A stretch of 64,000 nt of DNA, taken from Eukaryota sp. TZLM1-RC. Lineage: Eukaryota; Protista; Metamonada: BaSk clade. The position numbers were made by a program, and so were the translations under genes. Positions 57,901-64,000 of this stretch are shown one piece after another. Location of the stretch: the NCBI GenBank assembly GCA_040285825.1, contig JAUPSS010000013.1:124001-188000 (forward strand). The letters are read 5' to 3'. Every line of letters begins with the position of its first letter. Position 1 is the first letter of the stretch. Below the pieces are notes generated by a model that ran no database searches, was not told the DNA's origin, and saw only the letters and a list, made by a program, of their open reading frames with translations.

Positions 57901-59397
57901 GTTATGAGTTGATTTAAATAAGTGTGCAAATTCAATAAATACAAAATATCTGAAGAACAGCGTGTTGGCCCTAACAAGTTAAAATTAGTATATCCTGATG
58001 CATGGATGGCCAAACTTAAGGCATGGGTTGATAGCTGGCCCGACCAAAATGTTATTGAGAATGTCTTAATAAAGAGCAGTTGCCTTCCATATGATCATAA
58101 ACCAGCAGGGGTCCCTAGAGGATCATCTAAAGATGCACCAGATTGGGTGGATTTAAGGCCACCAGCCCAGACTGTTCCTGTACAGGAGGAACCTCCTAAG
58201 ACAAGATTTATCATAAAGTTGGGCGAAACATTGCCTTCAGAAGAGAGGAATATGAACCTATATAGTACACCTTCTGTAGGGCCTCTGGCATCTAGGAGAG
58301 CTTCTTGTGAAGCAACTCCTACACAAGCATCTGTTATAAAATCATCTATACCCACGCAACCCCTAGGAACGAAGGCCTCTAGAGATTCTCTCGTCGACAC
58401 CCTCGGTCTTTATAGAACTCCTGTAACAGACGAGGAGAAATTGAGGAAAAGAATAGACGACAAACTGAGATGCCTAGTTAAGTTAAATGAAGCGTTTGAC
58501 GCCAAGAAGATCTTCGACTTCGTTCTTAACTTTGGCAATTGGGCTAAAACAGTTAGGGATGGCGATGGACCCACCAGAGCATTTACGCCGATCACCAAAT
58601 ACGGTCAACCTGTTCATCAGTACGACTTCGTTAGATCTATGTTCTCGGAAGTGGACCCTTTGTATTTGAGATTTATGATCGAGGGTAAGGTCATCGCAGA
58701 ATGGCAGAGTTTTTATGGAGGCCGAACAAACGTGTTAGGCAACAACCCATCTGACGCAGAAATCTGGGAATATTTGCTACTCAGCATCCAGTACAAATAC
58801 CCTACCGATGTTGAGAAGGCTTTAAGGTCTGTAAGACCACCTGCGATCAGTCGCAAAATGACTGCTGAATCTTCATGGACAGCCTTCATGGAGCAGATCA
58901 TATATATAATTCGACGCTCTACAATTATGCCCGGAACGGATGGTAATCCGTCTGTCGTCTACCCAGCAAAGAGATTTCTCGAAACTATTAACGACAAAAC
59001 AAACAAGCAATTGATGGACACATATATCATTTGAATTGGCAAGTTTGATTCAAGTAACGAGAAACTGGGCGATGCGATTTACGATTTAGGTAACGCATTT
59101 GTTAACAAGGTCAATAGCCTTGAATCCTCGATCAAAGACATGAATTTGATAAGAACAGCTTTTGGTGCTCACGCTCCTGGGCAAAAAGGACGAAGCCAGT
59201 CAAAAGGTCCTTTTAAGAACCCTAGAGTCAGCAGTCGACCCATCCCTTCAGAGCAATGGTGTAACTTATGTAAAACCAATAAACATCCTGAAGAGAAATG
59301 TTTTAAATTAGTGGGAAGACCTGGTTCAAAAAAGCGTCAAGGAGGTGAAAGACGTGATAGAAAACGTGAAAGTAGTAGTAATAAATCAGATGATTAA
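54964..59397 (+). pseudogene. Gag (about 945 codons once the insert is removed), interrupted by a CRE insertion and two TGA stops
   Basis: Single frame through TGA 56038 and TGA 59032 and across the TSD (IELKEQR|VGPNKL); knuckle WCNLCKTNKHPEEKC. Confidence 0.85.
56371..57952 (+). mobile_element. 5'-truncated CRE family B copy inserted in gag, 11-bp TSD AAGAACAGCGT
   Basis: TSD at 56360-56370 and 57953-57963; uninterrupted 480-aa thumb-RLE ORF; highly similar to 21927-23495. Confidence 0.95.
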
Positions 59398-59448
59398 ACA
59401 TCTTTTAAAAATAACCTTACAAATAATTCAATCAAATCCATTTATAAA

Positions 59449-62400
59449 ATGAGCAAAACAGATTCGAATTATAATCACCTAAATCCATTAAAAAGAATTA
59501 GAGAGTCATCCAATCCTGTGGGTTCTATCCACAGTGTTAGACTATCCAGGGTAGCAGAGGACCAAGAAAGTTCTAACGGGGAACTTTGGTTAACCTGCAC
59601 CATAAATAACGTGGAAGTACAAGGCGAAATTGATAATGGAGCTGCATTTTCAGCATTATCAATGGATTTAGCCTCTAAATGTAATATGACAGTTAATGAC
59701 AATAAGACTGTCGAATACTTATCGGCAAATGGTATTCGCTCCACGACCCTGGGATGTGCAAGTGGTGTTCTTGCTCTAAATGTGAATAGCTTGGCCACTC
59801 AAGTGTTTTTAAGGATCGAATTCCAGATCATTCCTGGTACCAATAATTTTTTGATCGGAAGAGACTTATTACAAACCTGGGGGCTACGCACGGAACACGG
59901 TTTTAATATTAATTTGGATCGCGAACATCGCACCATCTTAAAAGCTGAATGTGAGTTCGATAATAGAATTTGTCAACCAATTAGATTCATTGAACAATTG
60001 AGTAATAAATCAGACTTAGGTAATGATTTTGGGCATTCCACATTTAGACATGAGCTAGATGAGTTGGGCTGTAGATTATGCCTGGATGACATTAGGGACG
60101 AGGAACGCCTAGTCGTGCTACTCAAAAAATATAGAAATGTATTTAGTGGGCTACCTCACACGGATGGAATTGATTGTCAGCCGATGGCCATTCCATTTTA
60201 TGACGAGAGTAAGGTCGTCAAAAGGAAACCTCGAAGATTAAACCCAGAAAAACAACGGGTATCCGAGGAAATTTTTAACGAATTGATCCGTTATGGATTT
60301 GATGTGCCCGCAAAGTCTCAATTCAGTAGTCCCATCTGTCTTGTGATTTACCCTGATTACAGGAAACCACGATTAACTGGCGATTTTAGTGGTATTGGTG
60401 GAGTAAATGATTTAACTAAACCTGTAGAGGCAAATTTGCCCAGGATTAGCGACATTTTAGAGTTTCTAAGTAAAGCTAATTATATAGCAACTCTAGATTT
60501 ACCTAAGGCATTTTGGCAGCTCAAAATTGCAGAAGAGGATATTGATAAAACTACCGTATCAATTCCCGGGATGTCGATCAGTTTTAAAAGGGCTTGTTTT
60601 GGTTTGAAGAACGTTCCTGTAGTCTTCCAAAACATGATGATGGAAATATTTGATTCTGAGGGCGTATTTATTTATATCGATGATATAATAATAGTAGCTT
60701 CTACCCTGGATGAATTTCTATCTAGAGTAGGTACGGTCCTAGAACGCGCCAAACGTTTTAGAGTTAACCTTGGCCTACCCAAGTGTAGCTTTACCACTTG
60801 CAAACATGAAATCAAAATTCTAGGTAGTATTTTTGTAAACAAAACCCGTTATATAGATGAATCTAGGATTGAGGGACTGATCAACCTACCCAAACCCAAG
60901 ACAGTACCTGAAGTTAGGAGTTTTATAGGATCGATCAATTATATACGTGACTGGTTGCCAAATTTGTCTGACTTGATAGAACCAATCAACAACTTAACCA
61001 GAAACAAACCGTCAAAAATCAAGTGGACTCCTGATCATGACGAGGCTTTTGGTAAGATTATAAATCTTATCAAAGCAAATATCCCTCTTGAATTGCCCTC
61101 AGAAGACAAGCATATTTTAATAAGTGCTGATGCGTCCGATGTGGCTGTTGGTGGAGTAATATGGCAAGAAGCTAACCCACCTAAAGATCCTACGACTCCG
61201 CTAATTAAGAGAAAGTTTGTACCTATTGCCTTCTTTAGCAGATTATTATCAACTTCACAAAAGAATTGGTCTGTACTTCAGAAAGAGTTGTATGCAATTT
61301 TACTAATTCTCACTGACAGTAGTTTAGAAAATTATTTAATTTCGAGGAAATTAACTATTTTCACTGATCATAGAAATTTAGCATACCTCATATCAGCTCC
61401 TGAAAAGAACAGAATTGTGAAGAGGTGGCTACCAATATTGTCAGAATTCAATTTTGATGTAGTCCACATTGCAGGCGAGGAGAATTATTGGGCAGACATG
61501 TTGTCTAGATTGGTTGACACCAAACCCAAAACTCCTCGAGTCCAACAAGTGAGAAACTTGGCACCTCACAGAGTTGAAGAACAATTACCCTATTTAAATT
61601 TATCAACTAGAGTTAATTTGTTAAGGGATGATATTACTCAACCGTCCACAATTGAGCTACCCACGATCAATAGCTTATCTGCACTGAAAGAAGCAGTTGT
61701 GGATACTAAATTTGATTTATTTGACACTTGGATCTCAAAGATTAGGCAAGAACAACTTATAGATGTTGATTCAAATCCTGATTATTATAAAGATTACAAT
61801 TATAATTCAGATTTTCAATTGTATACCAACAATCGTGGGAAGATTGTCATCCCAGATAGTTTAAAGAAGCAGACTTTAACTATCATTCATGGACATGCAA
61901 ATGTTGGTCATCCTAGTGTGACGACTAGCGTAAAGAAATTACTCAATAGTGATTACTTTTGGCCCGACATGCGCAAAGACATGATTAACCATATTAAGAG
62001 ATGCCCAGCATGTCAAAAAACGGCACATGTGCCTAAAAAAGTCATTGAATCATCTGGCTCTCTTTGGGCTGATCTACCTTTTGCACGATTAAACGCAGAT
62101 ACTATTGGACCATTACAACAAGATGATAATGGATCCAAATATTTAATAGTTTTTGTAGACTCGTTCACCAGGTATACGATCATTTGCCCTGTAAAGGAAT
62201 TGAATGCAGTGGAGGCAACCAATCACCTCCTATGGAGTGTAGTATCAATTTTTGGTATCCCACTGTTGATTCATAGTGACAATGGTATTGAATTTGCAAA
62301 TGCCATATTCAAAGGGTTATGCGATTTATTAAACATTGAAGTAAGTCGTTCACTAACTAGCTTTTCACAAAGCAATGGTTTAGTAGAAAGACGACACAGA

Positions 62401-63130
62401 GACATTTTACAAAGTCTAAGAAAGATTTTGGTGGACTCTGGCGATTATAGCAATTGGAGTGAATATATCCCAATTGTACAACTTCAAATCAATTCAACTA
62501 CTAGTAGAGTTACCAGTCATTCGCCCTACAATTTAATGTTTGGTAGCGACCACAGCCCTAGAGCTGATCCTAGTAATATGTTTGAATTAATAAAATCAGC
62601 AAATGTTAATATTCCCTTTGCTAAAGATCTTGAAGCAAAACTTGAAAGGATTTCAAGAGAGAAGAGGCAGAGCTCAGGCAAGCTCAACAACTGCCTGCAG
62701 TTAACAAACATAGGAACCCTTTTAATAAAGGTGACTTAGTTTTGCGATTAAAGACTAATGGTAAACTCCATGGTTGCTTCGCTGGCCCTTTTCTCGTTGA
62801 AGAAGTTAAATCCAATAAAAGTTTATTACTCAAGAATCTTGTCACTGGTTCGACGTCTACGGCAAGTATAAATCATTGTAAACTATACCTTTCAGACTTC
62901 CCTAAAGAAGATCTTGATTGGCATAAGAATATTGCTGCTGGCGATATGGAAGAATCTGTAATCGTTAAAATTATAGATCACTTTGATTACGTAGATTCGA
63001 ACAATAATAAAGTTCCTTTTTGTACCGCAGTTTGGTATGGCGGCGAGACTTAGTCTGTCCCAGTTGCTGACGTCACAAGCACTGAGGCATATCAAACATA
63101 TTTGCGCTCCATTAGTCCTCACACTACCAG
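59449..63130 (+). CDS. Pol polyprotein (protease, RT, RNase H, integrase, GPF motif, chromo-like), with frameshift near 62670-62740 and a late stop
   Basis: IDNGA, LDLPKAFWQ, YIDDII, ADASD, TDHRNL, HHCC, D-D-E (NADT, SDNG, VER), AGPF, IVKIIDH...AVWYG. Confidence 0.93.
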
Positions 63131-63712
63131 AAAAGGAAGGTATCTTCTAATTCCAAATCTAAGACTAATTTCTCTGCAGTCAGTACTCGTAGCTTTCGTT
63201 CGAGATCTAAGAAAGGGAAAAGGTAGTGTTGTGCTGTGGACAATTAGTCTAGTACATTTATATTTATATAACATAGTTCACTAGTGATGGCCTTTATAAG
63301 GGCCGGTGATATTCTAATAAATTATTCCTTATTCTTTGTTATCATATATGGATAAAGCATCAATAAACCCGTATCTCAGCTAGGACGTGTTGAGCATGTC
63401 AAGTATCAGCTGGTTCCATTTGCTGTTTCTCTTTTTGGTAACATTGGAATATCTGGCATTAAATTTCTTGAAAGTTTCAGAAGTTTAATAAAAGAAAGAG
63501 CAGGAAAAGAATTGAACTTCAATTTCTGGCACAATAGAATTGTTTTTAGTATTCTTAAAGCAATTCCAGAAATGTTGACCAAAGCACTGTTACAATTAGG
63601 AATAGAGTATGAAAATCGCGAGGTGAAAAGATTGGATGATGTTGATGCGTGTATTGAGGATATTGAGTTCTAGTTTTTTCTTTAATGTTTTGTTAGCGTT
63701 GAAAATAAATTT

Positions 63713-64000
63713 CAATTTATTCCAGTTTATCTCCCGAATTATGACAATCATGTTTTCCCATATCCATTCAAGAAATTCCAGACAGAAGTTTGTATTCATT
63801 AAAATTTGCGTTGAAAAAGCTCCAACGACATCTTTTGCAAAAATTTGAAAGCAAGGATTTTATTGTTCGACTTAGCACGGCTAAGAAAAAAATCCTGCTT
63901 TTGCAAATTTTTTGATTGATTTGAAGGACAGTTCATCTGCAGTTTTGATAAATCAAATTCCCCAGATTAATGGCCTATTTTTGAATGACGACCAATGGAC
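63713..64000 (+). mobile_element. Another CRE-type fragment (family E), running off the window; related piece at about 9730-9850 (-)
   Basis: FALKKLQ...DFIVRLS.AK..NPAFANFL.DL...QIP..NGL.LND.QW homologous to family A. Confidence 0.75.

Larger units (their letters stand above)
54843..63362 (+). mobile_element. Ty3/Gypsy LTR retrotransposon with chromodomain-like integrase tail; 136-bp LTRs; 4-bp TSD ATAA
   Basis: LTRs 54843-54978 and 63227-63362 (TG...CA, 2 mismatches); PPT AAGAAAGGGAAAAGGTAG; domain order PR-RT-RH-IN. Confidence 0.95.
54520..63712 (+). mobile_element. CRE family A 3' portion (54520-54842 plus 63367-63712), split by the Gypsy insertion
   Basis: Rejoined halves read KIKKYNKPVSQLGRVEHVKYQ, matching KIKQYNEPLSQLGRVEHVKYQ of the copy at 8070-8140. 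Confidence 0.92.

Noticed and set aside
33132-59034. Alternative genetic code (TAA/TAG=Gln or TGA=Trp) to explain in-frame stops in Fanzor and gag
   Set aside because: Conserved host genes end properly at TAA (RABGGTA, FPPS), TAG (SPT) and TGA (kinase, CARNMT1, DRC9); internal stops occur only in decayed TEs

Overview
AT-rich eukaryotic nuclear DNA read with the standard code, from a flagellated protist (DRC9/IQCG and an NWE-motif axonemal protein are present). The 27-38 nt spliceosomal introns with the branch point fused to the 3' splice site look metamonad-like, but the species cannot be identified from sequence alone. About 17 mostly intronless host genes are present, including MATH-BTB, RABGGTA, DRC9, a PAS hybrid histidine kinase, SPT/LCB2, GT61, XRRA1-like, FPPS/GGPPS, CARNMT1, TTP-like CCCH and ZFAND1. 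They sit as islands among dense transposon debris. The debris includes at least 4-5 lineages of CRE-type RT-RLE non-LTR retrotransposons, an apparently intact Mutator/MULE (TIRs, 9-bp TSD), a pogo-type MITE, and a Ty3/Gypsy element with 136-bp LTRs plus a solo LTR. The Gypsy forms a three-level nest (CRE > Gypsy > CRE) with both inner TSDs resolved. The most notable item, only partly captured by the ORF track, is a decayed Fanzor (eukaryotic TnpB) C-terminal half at about 33087-33700 (-). It is followed by a run of hairpins (candidate omegaRNA scaffold) and a duplicated 42-bp, 10-bp-periodic repeat module. All assignments are from motif recognition by eye; no database searches were run.
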